A stretch of DNA of 64,000 nucleotides from Candidatus Heimdallarchaeum aukensis (GTDB lineage: Archaea; Asgardarchaeota; Heimdallarchaeia; Heimdallarchaeales; Heimdallarchaeaceae): assembly GCA_021513695.1 (NCBI GenBank), contig CP084166.1:2304001-2368000 (forward strand). Direction: 5' to 3'. Within the stretch, counting starts at the first letter, position 1, and each line of letters starts with the position of its first letter. The notes beneath the pieces were generated by a model. It ran no database searches. It was not told where the DNA came from and was given only the letters and a program-made list of their open reading frames with translations. The translations under genes and the position numbers were made by a program. Positions 27,293 through 39,177 of the stretch are shown here, one piece after another.

Positions 27293-27419
27293 TTAGTACA
27301 CCTTTCTATAATTACTTTTAAATAAATTTAAACTTATTCCTTCTTTAGATTCTGCGTTAACTTTGCCAGTTTCTATTTTTCTTCTATAAATTTTAAAAAG
27401 TATAAAAAAAGATAGAAAC

Positions 27420-29612
<2,193 letters not shown>

Positions 29613-29780
29613 TTATTTCCTCTGATGAAATTCATTTATTATTCCTTGATTCAAAACCTTAATTGACCTTTATTAAGGTTATTTTTTGACAGCATTTTAT
29701 TAACAAATGGGAAATTAGTATTTATATTATATTTTATAAAGAACAAAGAAAAAAGAAACAAAGAAAAAGAAAATGTACTT

Positions 29781-31499
29781 TTAGCAACCCGGAGTGAAGT
29801 AAGGCTTAAGTTCTCCAATATGAGAATCTTCTTCGAGAGTTGCTATCTGATAAATTTTATACCCTCCAGTTAGATTTCTTGGATCAAAACCATGTTGCTT
29901 TAGAATTCGGTATGCGAGATAAGAAGTGAATCCAGTCACACAATGTAGATATACTGGCTTATTTTTTGGAATCTCATCTAGCCTTTCTCTTAATTGACCA
30001 ATAGGTATGTTTATCGCACCTGGAATACAACCTTCAGCATGTAATTCTGGTCCTCTTACGTCAATAATTGTCGCCCCTTCTTCTTTTAATTTCTGTGCTT
30101 CATTCCAATGCCATATCTTCACTTCTCCCCTCATTACGTTAGAAGCAACAAAACCAGCCATATTTACACAATCTCTGGCACAACCAAATTGTGGAGCATA
30201 GCACAATTCAAGATTTTCTAAATCATATACTGTCCCCTTAAAGTTTATAACTGTTGCAATGACATCTATCCTTTTTTCTGTTCCTGGCCCACCTACTGCT
30301 TGTGCTCCTAATATTCTGCCATTTTTAGAGTCAAAAATCAGTTTCATTGATATTTCTTGGGCATCAGGGTAGTAACTTGCATGATTTTGGGGATGAACAT
30401 AGATTTTCTCATAGTTAGTAATTCCTAATGATTTGAGTTGTTTCTCGTTTAATCCAGTTTGAGCAACAGTTTTGTCAAAGACTTTAAGAACAGCCGTACC
30501 TATTGAGCCTTTGTAAGTTGTATCTCTTCCAGCAAGATTGTCAGCAGCTATTCTCCCTTCTCTGTTAGCTGGACCAGCAAGAGGAACAACAGTCGGCTTT
30601 TCAGTAATGAAATTTTTAATCTGAACAGCATCACCTACAGCATATATATCAGGGTCAGAGGTTTGCATGTGTTCGTCAACTATTATATATCCTCGTTCAG
30701 TTAGTTCGAGACCACAATCTTTAGCTAAATGTGTGTCTGGTCTAATCCCTATACTCAAAATGACAAGATCTGTTCCAATTTTCCTTCCGCTTTTAGTAAT
30801 AACTTTGTACTTTCCTTCTCCATCTGTAGACTTCTCAATGCCTACAACCCCATCTCCTAAAATAAGTTTGACCCTATTGAGTACAAGTTCATTATGGATA
30901 AATTGTGCCATCTCTCTGTCTAATGTAGGTAAAACTTGGTCTAAAAGTTCAATTACTTTTACACGAATACCTCTTCGACTAAGATTTTCGACCATTTCTA
31001 ATCCTATATACCCTCCTCCTATTACTGTTGCTGTAACAGGGTTGTTCTTCTCAATAAATTCATATATTTTTTCTGTATCTGGAATATTACGGAGAGAAAA
31101 AATAGGTATATCATCCATTCCTCTGAAAGGAGGACGAATTGGCTCTGCACCAGGTGCTAAAACAAGCTTGTCATAAGAAAGTTCATACTCTTTTCCCACT
31201 TCTCTGTCAATCACTTTAACTATTTTCCTTTCTCGATCGATTGAAATAGCCTCATTCAAAACTCTGACATCAATATTGAAAAACTGTTTAAATTTTTCAG
31301 GTGTCATTAAAACTAGTTTTTCGCGGTCTTGTATCACTTTTCCAATATAATAAGGAAGACCACAGTTTGCAAAAGAAACATATGGTCCTCGTTCTAGTAT
31401 TATTATTTCCGCAAATTCATCTAATCGCCGATATCTAGCTGCTGTGCTTGCGCCACCAGCAACACCACCTATTATTATTATTCTCTTTTTCAATTTCAT
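29781..31499 (-). CDS. CoA-disulfide reductase / NADH oxidase family flavoprotein with a C-terminal rhodanese domain
   Basis: FAD Rossmann (IIIIGGVAGGASTA), redox-active single Cys motif (SFANCGLPYY), second NAD(P) Rossmann (ATVIGGGYIGLE) and a C-terminal rhodanese with active-site Cys (YLHCVTGFTS). Confidence 0.75.
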   Translation of the reverse strand: MKLKKRIIIIGGVAGGASTAARYRRLDEFAEIIILERGPYVSFANCGLPYYIGKVIQDREKLVLMTPEKFKQFFNIDVRVLNEAISIDRERKIVKVIDREVGKEYELSYDKLVLAPGAEPIRPPFRGMDDIPIFSLRNIPDTEKIYEFIEKNNPVTATVIGGGYIGLEMVENLSRRGIRVKVIELLDQVLPTLDREMAQFIHNELVLNRVKLILGDGVVGIEKSTDGEGKYKVITKSGRKIGTDLVILSIGIRPDTHLAKDCGLELTERGYIIVDEHMQTSDPDIYAVGDAVQIKNFITEKPTVVPLAGPANREGRIAADNLAGRDTTYKGSIGTAVLKVFDKTVAQTGLNEKQLKSLGITNYEKIYVHPQNHASYYPDAQEISMKLIFDSKNGRILGAQAVGGPGTEKRIDVIATVINFKGTVYDLENLELCYAPQFGCARDCVNMAGFVASNVMRGEVKIWHWNEAQKLKEEGATIIDVRGPELHAEGCIPGAINIPIGQLRERLDEIPKNKPVYLHCVTGFTSYLAYRILKQHGFDPRNLTGGYKIYQIATLEEDSHIGELKPYFTPGC

Positions 31500-31664
31500 C
31501 CCTTAAAAGTTATTTAGTAGAGACTCCTAAATAGAAATATAAAATTAAAGGTATAACTATATTATATCTAATACTAAAAAATATCCAGCAAACTAATGTT
31601 TTTTACATTTTTAGTTAATAGAATTTTGGAAAAATATTAACATATAAAAAAAGAGAAAGTGCAT

Positions 31665-32831
31665 TCACTCTATTTCTTCTAATTCTTCTAACAAATAGCG
31701 AGTACTAGTTTGTTTCATTCGTGAATCTTGTTCTTTTTCTCTTTCACTAATAATATCTCTTTCTATTCGGTCTAAGGCAATAGCAAACGCTCCAAATAAT
31801 CCATAACCCTCTGAGCGAGAGACATAAGTTTTTCCTTTATTTGTTGTTATTCTTAATCTAATCTGATACAAACTGTATCCTCTAAATTTCTTCTTTGGAA
31901 TAGATTTAATATGGATATAGAAATGTCCTGCATTCCCAATCATCAAAGAATATTTATCAATGAACTCTGAAGATAAATCAAAAAGTTGCTTTAAATCTTC
32001 GTCATCGATTTCTCCCATTACATTGATAAAATAACCCTCTTGTTTAGGAGGAACACTAACAGTTTCTAATAAGTCATGAGTAGTTAGAATACCTACAACA
32101 TGGTTTGAATCATCAACAACAACTAATGCTTTGTGATCAGACTCGTGAAGTTTTTCTATAGCTTGTTCGACACTGTCATCTAGTTTGCAAGTTACAACAT
32201 CTGTACTCATTAGATTAATTATTCTTGTGGAGTAAGGATCAATCTGTGTTTCAGATCTATCTCCAAATGTTTGTCCAGGCAAATCCGATAGAAGAATTGG
32301 TTTAAGGTCATGGGGGCTAACAATACCTATAAGTTCATTTTTTTCATTTACAACTGGACATCGAGAAATGTTATTATTTCTACATATAGAAAGTAGTTGT
32401 GCCGCAGTTGTTTCAGTATTACTAGTTATTGGGTTTGGTGTCATTAATTCCTTTACTTTTTTTCCTTCATAGAGTTCAAGTTCACTCTTTATAAGATCAA
32501 TATCTCGAATAACACCAATTATTTCTCCATTTTCTTCGACAGGAATAGAACGAATTTTTGATTGTATGAGTATTTTTGCTATCTCGTTTATTGGAAGATT
32601 TTTCTTTATTGTTGGGACTTTTTTAATAAATGTAGATACTTTAGAATCTAAATAAAGTCGAGATTGTCTAGCTAGAAATCTCTTTGTCAAATAACCTAAA
32701 AACACATCTTTTTCATCAAAAACTAATATCTCTCTTGTATTTTTATCAAAAAGTTCTAATGCTTTTGCTAGCTTTTCATTTTCTACAACTGACACGTAAT
32801 CTGAAATTAAAGATTCAATTTTTTCGCTCAT
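31665..32831 (-). CDS. CBS-domain protein (four CBS motifs) with an uncharacterised C-terminal region
   Basis: There are four repeats of the CBS pattern, each with a hydrophobic core plus G-[IV]-[IV]-[ST]-x-x-D[LI] (GVIRDIDLI; GIVSPHDLK; GILTTHDLLE). Confidence 0.6.
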   Translation of the reverse strand: MSEKIESLISDYVSVVENEKLAKALELFDKNTREILVFDEKDVFLGYLTKRFLARQSRLYLDSKVSTFIKKVPTIKKNLPINEIAKILIQSKIRSIPVEENGEIIGVIRDIDLIKSELELYEGKKVKELMTPNPITSNTETTAAQLLSICRNNNISRCPVVNEKNELIGIVSPHDLKPILLSDLPGQTFGDRSETQIDPYSTRIINLMSTDVVTCKLDDSVEQAIEKLHESDHKALVVVDDSNHVVGILTTHDLLETVSVPPKQEGYFINVMGEIDDEDLKQLFDLSSEFIDKYSLMIGNAGHFYIHIKSIPKKKFRGYSLYQIRLRITTNKGKTYVSRSEGYGLFGAFAIALDRIERDIISEREKEQDSRMKQTSTRYLLEELEEIE

Positions 32832-32962
32832 GTTTTAACATAGAATTCTATTCCCTTAAAATTTATGGTTAAGCAACACATTCTTGGGAAAGGTTTTTTA
32901 TTGCTTATTTCTCTATATTTAAATAGATTTAAATAAATTAACTATTAATAGTAGATTAAAAG

Positions 32963-33235
32963 GTGAACACTTTGGTCAGTATATTTCAAGCACTAAAAGT
33001 ATCTCTACTCTTCCTTATTTTCGGATTAATACCTTTTGTATTAGTCGTTATAGCAATAGTATCCTTGATTTCTATGGGCTTTGGTTTTGATTTTAAAGTT
33101 TTATATGCAAATGAAGGAGTAGATCCAGGTTCTGTTCTAGGCAATCTTGGGCTTTTAATAGTTGCATCGTTTATCTTCTTCGTTGGACTTTTCAAAGCTA
33201 TAGGAGATATTGCTGAAGCTGCTCTATTAGAATAA
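32963..33235 (+). CDS. small hypothetical membrane protein (two TM helices)
   Basis: 90 aa with two hydrophobic helices (LLFLIFGLIPFVLVVIAIVSLI; LGLLIVASFIFFVGLF). Confidence 0.3.
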   Translation: MNTLVSIFQALKVSLLFLIFGLIPFVLVVIAIVSLISMGFGFDFKVLYANEGVDPGSVLGNLGLLIVASFIFFVGLFKAIGDIAEAALLE

Positions 33236-33339
33236 ATTCTTTTTTTTTCTTTTTTTTTACCTTAATGTAAGGAAGCTTAATCGTAATGTTCTATTTAAGT
33301 TAAAAGGATTGTTTTTCGATTGTAAAACTATTTAAATGT

Positions 33340-34986
33340 ATGAAAAGTATTTTGGCTAAGGAAACGATTGTTATACGAATGATAACAATGAATAACTTAA
33401 GCTCAAACAGTAGTTATAGACAGAAAAAAAGTGGTTATTTAGACGTTCTTTTAATAGGTTTTTCAATAGTCTGTTTGTTACTTTATATCTTTTTTTTTAA
33501 CAAAATAGTTTTAGTTTTTGATGAATTTACAATTATTCTAAATATATTGTTCATATTTGCAATGTTTCTCCTATGGTCTTTAACTTCTAGTTTTTTTTAT
33601 TTTTTAAATAAAACAGAACATGAAGTCAAAATTTTTGTTTCAACTATTTCTCTTCTTATTGTAATGGCTATATTGTCAACTTACTTAATTTCAATAATGG
33701 AACGAATTTTTATTCTTATTACAAGCACAAAAGATAAGTTAATGATCATTATTTATACAGCTTATATAGTTCCTATTATAGAGGAAATTTCGAAAATTTT
33801 TCCGATTTTAATCCTTTTTAGACATTATATTCGTTATAAAAATAATGAGAAATTGGTTACATATCGTTTAATTGTCTCTTATAGGCAGTTTGTATTTTAT
33901 TCGGTTCTTTTTGGTTCATGTTTTGGTTTTTTTGAGCATTTCTTCTTATTCTCCTCTTTGTTTGATTATGAGAATATAGGTGATATCGCTTTTCTACGCA
34001 TCTTTTATCCTCTCCACCCTGTAACTTCTGGTTTGTTGGCGATTGGTATTGGTTATTTTTTGTTTGTTAATTCAAATGTAAAGAAACTGAAAAATTGGTT
34101 AATTGCTTTACCTCCTATTTTTTTGTCTTTAATTTTCCATATTTTATGGAATTACAATGCTTATTTTAATTCACTTACTATATTACAATATATAGGTTGG
34201 GCAGCTACTGGACTATTTTTTATCATTTGTATATCTTTACTTAAAAAACCAAAAATATGTGGCGATTGTGGGATACAGCATTCAGAAGGAGAATGCGTGA
34301 AAAACCCAACTTTTGTTCTTTCTCTTGAAAAAATTGTCAAGAAAGATACTGTGGTTGAAAAAGAATATATTGTAAAAGAAGATTATATCATGTGTCCTTT
34401 ATGTGGAGTACAAGCTTTTGATGGTGAAATCTGTCATGCTTGTAACAGCTGGGCAAAGTTCCAATGTTCTAATTGTAATCAAGTTGTACCTCCTTTTGCA
34501 AGAACATGTTGGTCATGTGGAGCATCTTTACCAACTCTACAGGAGAAAATTAGGTCTACATCCCCTTCATTATATATGACATTATCTGTTGCAATAACAC
34601 GAATTGTTTCATCTACAGTCTTAATTAGTTTAATAATTGGACTACTTAATCTGAAAAATAAATTAAGTTATTTAGGCTTCACAATTCTACTTCTTTCAAT
34701 TTTGATCGCTTTGTCTACCTCTCTAATTTGGTATCGTATAAACAATAAAAAAATTGATTCGATAATTGTGTCAATAGTTGTAACTTCATCCGTGTTCTTT
34801 ACTATAGTATCTATGAATCTACTTTTGATATTGTTAAGTATGATTCAATTGATTATTATACATAATCTTGTGTTTGGCTTTTTTGGCATAATATTCTCTT
34901 CTATCGTCCTTTATGGAATATACAGATATCTTAGGGCGATCTTTAAAGGAGATAGTTTAATTGTTGGGGGTGAAGTTCTTGGATGA
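33340..34986 (+). CDS. polytopic membrane protein with PrsW/CPBP-type intramembrane protease motifs and an internal double zinc ribbon. It is the first gene of module 1.
   Basis: The motif triad typical of PrsW/CAAX-protease folds is present inside TM segments: EExxK (IIEEISKIF), FxxEH (FGFFEHFF) and HxxxN (HILWNYN). A soluble insert carries CGDCG...GEC, CPLCG...CHAC, CSNCN...CWSC zinc-ribbon pairs. More TM helices follow. Confidence 0.45.
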   Translation: MKSILAKETIVIRMITMNNLSSNSSYRQKKSGYLDVLLIGFSIVCLLLYIFFFNKIVLVFDEFTIILNILFIFAMFLLWSLTSSFFYFLNKTEHEVKIFVSTISLLIVMAILSTYLISIMERIFILITSTKDKLMIIIYTAYIVPIIEEISKIFPILILFRHYIRYKNNEKLVTYRLIVSYRQFVFYSVLFGSCFGFFEHFFLFSSLFDYENIGDIAFLRIFYPLHPVTSGLLAIGIGYFLFVNSNVKKLKNWLIALPPIFLSLIFHILWNYNAYFNSLTILQYIGWAATGLFFIICISLLKKPKICGDCGIQHSEGECVKNPTFVLSLEKIVKKDTVVEKEYIVKEDYIMCPLCGVQAFDGEICHACNSWAKFQCSNCNQVVPPFARTCWSCGASLPTLQEKIRSTSPSLYMTLSVAITRIVSSTVLISLIIGLLNLKNKLSYLGFTILLLSILIALSTSLIWYRINNKKIDSIIVSIVVTSSVFFTIVSMNLLLILLSMIQLIIIHNLVFGFFGIIFSSIVLYGIYRYLRAIFKGDSLIVGGEVLG

Positions 34987-36163
34987 AGAGAAAAAATACA
35001 AAGAAAGGCAATTAAAGTTAGATGCAAAAAAACATTTCCTAGAACAATCCAAATTTACTGCAGCAGAGTTACAAGGAAGAGGATATCAGCTTTCACCTAT
35101 CTTGTTTGAAGATTCAAAAAGCAGAAGAGTATTTGATGAAGGAAAGGTTGAAAAATTTTCTTTTGTAGAGAAAACAAAAAAGGTATTTCTTACTTTATTT
35201 GGGTTTATTGTCAATCTTGTTTGGTTGGTTATTGACTATAATAATGTTAACAGTGAGAAATATTTTCTTCATAATAAAAATAGAAGTAAGAGAGAATATT
35301 ATACTGAATTAATATTACACATTTCAACATTTTATTCAATAACACTTATTGTTCTTGTTCTAATTAATTACTTTATTTTAGATTCGGCAGCTATTTCTTC
35401 TCTTTATGATATTCGTTCATTAGTTTGGTACCCGGATAGAGTATTGAGTTTAAGTTATATCTATGTTTTTTCAGCTGAAACTACTTTTGATATAATTACA
35501 AACACAATTTTAACAGTTTTAGTCCCATTTTTTATTGCTGGTGTTGTTGCTGGTATTGCATGGAAAGAAGATGCCAAAGATGTTGTCGGTCCATCTTCAT
35601 TTCTATCATTTTTACTGTTCATGGCTTTTTTCTTTAATGAAATCTTCATAACTTCATCCTTCAAAACAAATGATGTTCTTGCAGGATGGTTCTTGTCATT
35701 AATGTATGAATCTATGATGCTTATAATATTGTTTCAAGCACTTATGCTTAGTTTACTTGGTGGGGCATTGGGTGTTATGTTAGGCATTTCCTTTTCAAAT
35801 ATAGCTTCACAGAAGAATGATGAACAATCCTTTTTCTCACCTTCTATTCTCCCAGTAATACCTATTACAGTAAAAACTCTATTTGATATGGTAGATGTAT
35901 CTTCTTTAACTGGTTCTTCATTTAGCTCTAGAACAATGTTAGTTTATTTAAATAGAACTATAGAATTAAACTCAAAAAGAACAAGAACTGAACATTGTCC
36001 CTATTTTGTAGAAGGGCGTTGTGCATATTTAGGTTATAAAACCACTGCTACAAAAAAGCAAATCTGTACAACTGAATCATATAATTCTTGTAGGGTTCTC
36101 GCATTCATCTTGCAAAGTAAATTATTGATCAAAGAAATAAAAGAGGAAGAAAGAAATGGTTAA
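34961..36163 (+). CDS. hypothetical polytopic membrane protein with a Cys-rich C-terminal tail (module 1, position 2)
   Basis: Multiple TM helices. The C-terminus has CPYFVEGRCAYLGY...CTTESYNSC. It overlaps the upstream gene by 26 nt and the downstream gene by 8 nt. Confidence 0.35.
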   Translation: MLGVKFLDEEKKYKERQLKLDAKKHFLEQSKFTAAELQGRGYQLSPILFEDSKSRRVFDEGKVEKFSFVEKTKKVFLTLFGFIVNLVWLVIDYNNVNSEKYFLHNKNRSKREYYTELILHISTFYSITLIVLVLINYFILDSAAISSLYDIRSLVWYPDRVLSLSYIYVFSAETTFDIITNTILTVLVPFFIAGVVAGIAWKEDAKDVVGPSSFLSFLLFMAFFFNEIFITSSFKTNDVLAGWFLSLMYESMMLIILFQALMLSLLGGALGVMLGISFSNIASQKNDEQSFFSPSILPVIPITVKTLFDMVDVSSLTGSSFSSRTMLVYLNRTIELNSKRTRTEHCPYFVEGRCAYLGYKTTATKKQICTTESYNSCRVLAFILQSKLLIKEIKEEERNG

Positions 36164-36935
36164 TATCAAAGATTACATGAATCTAAAAGGTTTTGTTATT
36201 TTATTAGCTGCAATCCTGTTTATTTTACTAAATAGCACTCAAGAGTCCTATATCTCCATTGAGCAAATTGATTCTACAACTTTAGAAACAATTCAAACTG
36301 GTTCAGAAACGGGTACCGGTAGTGTCCCTCCTTCTCCTACTTCTACAAGTATACCTACATTTCCTGAAATCACGGATACTATTCCTCAACCTTCTTCTTC
36401 CAGTTTCTCACCAGCTACATTAATTGCTATTGTAACAAGTGTTATTTTCATAGGAATTATTATTCTATTAATTATGAAACGCAAAAATTTTGTCACTTAT
36501 GGTTCCTTCACTAAACCAAAAAGGATTCCTACAAAAACCATAATTGAAAAAAGAGAGATTTTTAGGACGCAAATTGTTACACTTAAAGATATCTTATTAG
36601 ATTACCTTGATAATAAAAAATATACCGAAGGTGTGATTTATGGTTTTCTTACCCTTGATAAAAATATGAAACAATTGTTAGGCTTAAAGAGAAAAAGTTC
36701 TCTAACACCTAAAGAATTCGCTGAATCCTTAGAACTTCCTGAGATCATTCAGAATCTAAAGAATATTGTTAATCAATTCTACAGAGCTAGATATAAACTT
36801 GATGAGTTAACAAAAGATGATTTGCTAGATTTTATTAATAATTTGGATATTATTAAAGAAAAAAGTAAAACTGCCAAGGAGATTGAAGTTCGTCAGGTTA
36901 TTGTAAAGGAGGAAATTACAAATGGAACGAATTAA
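36156..36935 (+). CDS. small surface stalk protein: signal/TM, Thr/Ser/Pro-rich linker, TM, and a cytoplasmic DUF4129-like tail (module 1, position 3)
   Basis: N-terminal TM (FVILLAAILFILL). Mucin-like TGSETGTGSVPPSPTSTSIPTFPEITDTIPQPSSSSFSP. Second TM (IAIVTSVIFIGIIILLIM). The tail has TPKEF...FYRARYKLDELTKDD, matching the TPxE[FY]...[FY]xxARYxxxx[IL]xxxD pattern shared with the 45443 and 49149 products. Confidence 0.4.
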   Translation: MVNIKDYMNLKGFVILLAAILFILLNSTQESYISIEQIDSTTLETIQTGSETGTGSVPPSPTSTSIPTFPEITDTIPQPSSSSFSPATLIAIVTSVIFIGIIILLIMKRKNFVTYGSFTKPKRIPTKTIIEKREIFRTQIVTLKDILLDYLDNKKYTEGVIYGFLTLDKNMKQLLGLKRKSSLTPKEFAESLELPEIIQNLKNIVNQFYRARYKLDELTKDDLLDFINNLDIIKEKSKTAKEIEVRQVIVKEEITNGTN

Positions 36936-38220
36936 TGTCTCAAGTGTTCGTTATGAAGCTATTTTTAAACTAATCCTACAAACAATGATTTTGTTTTTAA
37001 TCTTGATTTTTCCATTTGTATTTAATTTTGTCACCACTTCCCCTCCTTATACAATAAATAACTATGGTCCTGGCGGTTATTCAATTTTTAGAGAAAAACT
37101 AGAAGATGAGGGTTTTGATGTATCTCGAATCTTGATAAGCACGGAAAATCTCTTAGATCTTCCTAAATCTTCTATTCTAGTAATTGCTGGGGGAACAAAA
37201 ACCTACAGAAATATTGAAATTCAGCGAATTACGGCCTTTTTATACAGAGGAGGAACTGTTTTCTTACTTATTGATTCTGTGACTTCACAAAATTTAGCGC
37301 TTAAACTAAATGTTAGTTCTTCAATGAGCAATATTATGGAAACAGTGAACTATTATAAAACTCCTGAGATAGTTTTGACTGAAGCTCCATTTAAAGAGGT
37401 ATTAAAACACTCTCCTATTGATAAATTGGCTTTTCTTCAACCTAAAGTGGTCTATGGCTCCACAAGTCCTTTTCTAAAAATACAAACAAATAATACTGCA
37501 TTTCTTGATTCAAATTTTGATAAAAAATGGTCTAGATATACAGAAGATTTGAGAAAATACACTCTGGTCACTGTTGAAGGTCGAGGTGCAGGAATTTTAA
37601 TTGTTGTCGGTTCTCCAAGTTTTTTAACAAATGATTTTTACACTGCTGGCTTTGCAAACATCAACACTACTATCTACCTTTTAAAACTCTACTCTAGCTA
37701 TTTGTTTGGAGAAGAGGAACGATATGTTTATTTTGATGAAAGTCATAAACGCTGGTCTATTTGGTCTAGAGATGGTCTCATAAATCAAACTTATGGGACT
37801 ATTACCCTTCTTACTCAATCTGAATCTTTTATTGTGATGATTCTTTTGTTGATTATTAGTCTATATTATCTACTACCTAACGTGCGCAAATTAAAGAAAC
37901 GATCTAAAGAAGGCTACAAAAACTTTCTAAAAAAACATATCTACAGCAAAGAACGTGAGCTTTACGATACTTTGGGGCAACCAGTAAAACCAACTGAAGA
38001 AGAAAAAATATTAACTTCTTTATATTTTCAATATGAAAACTTCCCAAATAGAGTATATAACATCTATTTACAAAGAAAGTTAAATAATATCAGTGAAAAG
38101 AAATTTACTGACCAAGAAAAAACACTGTTTAATGAAATCATTAAAAGAAAAATTGATTTCAAACTATTTATTTACTTGTTTAATAAATTAGAAGAAATAC
38201 AAAAGAGGAACTTAATATGA
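36922..38220 (+). CDS. DUF4350-like membrane-anchored protein (module 1, position 4)
   Basis: N-terminal TM, then LVIAGGTKTYRNIEIQRITAFLYRGGTVFLLIDS. This is clearly paralogous to LVVIGPTTSYNFAETISLVTFLVRGGSLIVADDF in the 49704 product. There is a C-terminal TM (ITLLTQSESFIVMILLLIISLYYLL) followed by a cytoplasmic tail. The domain name is assigned by architecture and context, not by search. Confidence 0.45.
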   Translation: MERINVSSVRYEAIFKLILQTMILFLILIFPFVFNFVTTSPPYTINNYGPGGYSIFREKLEDEGFDVSRILISTENLLDLPKSSILVIAGGTKTYRNIEIQRITAFLYRGGTVFLLIDSVTSQNLALKLNVSSSMSNIMETVNYYKTPEIVLTEAPFKEVLKHSPIDKLAFLQPKVVYGSTSPFLKIQTNNTAFLDSNFDKKWSRYTEDLRKYTLVTVEGRGAGILIVVGSPSFLTNDFYTAGFANINTTIYLLKLYSSYLFGEEERYVYFDESHKRWSIWSRDGLINQTYGTITLLTQSESFIVMILLLIISLYYLLPNVRKLKKRSKEGYKNFLKKHIYSKERELYDTLGQPVKPTEEEKILTSLYFQYENFPNRVYNIYLQRKLNNISEKKFTDQEKTLFNEIIKRKIDFKLFIYLFNKLEEIQKRNLI

Positions 38221-39158
38221 ATGTAGAAGAAACAAAAGAAATTTTCCAAAAAGTCTTGGAACAGATGAAAAAAAGGATCGTAGGAAATGACAAAGTGATA
38301 GAATTAATTTTTGCTACGATGCTAGCCGATGGACATGTATTGTTGGAAGGAGTTCCTGGTATAGCTAAAACTTTAATGGCATCTACTTTAGCAGAAATAC
38401 TTGATCTCAATTTTAAACGAATTCAATTTACTCCCGATTTACTACCTGCTGATATTACAGGAGGAAATATATATAACAGAAAGACCAATGAGTTTGATTT
38501 TGTTAAGGGACCTGTTTTTACTAACATTCTACTAGCTGATGAAATAAATAGGAGTCCTCCCAAAACTCAATCTGCATTATTAGAAGCTATGCAAGAACAT
38601 CAAGTCTCAAGTGGAACGAAAACATATGACTTACCAGACCCATTTTTTGTTATCGCAACTCAAAATCCGATAGAGAGTACTGGTGTTTATCCCCTTCCCG
38701 AGGCACAAATTGATAGATTTTTAGTAAAAATTTTAGTTAAACCTCCAAATGTGTCTGGAGAAGTTGAAATGTTAAAAATGAAAAGAGAAAAGATGTTTGC
38801 TGATGTTGAAATAGTCGTAAAGAAGGAAACAATTTTGGCTATAAAAAGAGAAATTGAAACAAATGTTAAAATCTCTGATCAAGTACTGGAGTACATAGCA
38901 AAACTTGTTACAGCAACACGAGAGATACCTTCTTTATCATTAGGTGCAAGTCCTCGAGGATCTATCGCTTTATTAACTCTCAGTCGCTCTATTGCTGCCA
39001 TAAATGGTAGAGATTATGTTGAACCTGATGATATAAAATCTATCTTTCATGCCGTGATTAATCACCGTTTGATATTATCCCCTGAAGCAGAAATTGAACA
39101 AATAAAAGTTGAAGAGATAATTAAGAATCTCCTTTCTGAAGTTGAAGTAGTTATATAA
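38217..39158 (+). CDS. MoxR-family AAA+ ATPase (module 1)
   Basis: Walker A (GVPGIAKT), Walker B (LLADEINRSPPKTQSALLEAM) and the MoxR-specific C-terminal helical lid. 313 aa. ATGA overlap with the upstream gene. It is about 45-50% identical to the second MoxR at 51540. Confidence 0.9.
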   Translation: MNVEETKEIFQKVLEQMKKRIVGNDKVIELIFATMLADGHVLLEGVPGIAKTLMASTLAEILDLNFKRIQFTPDLLPADITGGNIYNRKTNEFDFVKGPVFTNILLADEINRSPPKTQSALLEAMQEHQVSSGTKTYDLPDPFFVIATQNPIESTGVYPLPEAQIDRFLVKILVKPPNVSGEVEMLKMKREKMFADVEIVVKKETILAIKREIETNVKISDQVLEYIAKLVTATREIPSLSLGASPRGSIALLTLSRSIAAINGRDYVEPDDIKSIFHAVINHRLILSPEAEIEQIKVEEIIKNLLSEVEVVI

Positions 39159-39177
39159 TTCAAACAGTGGTGAAATT

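Noticed and set aside
30667-31176. 169-aa plus-strand ORF inside the CoA-disulfide reductase gene
   Set aside because: It is an antisense shadow with a Ser/Pro/Leu-rich low-complexity product.
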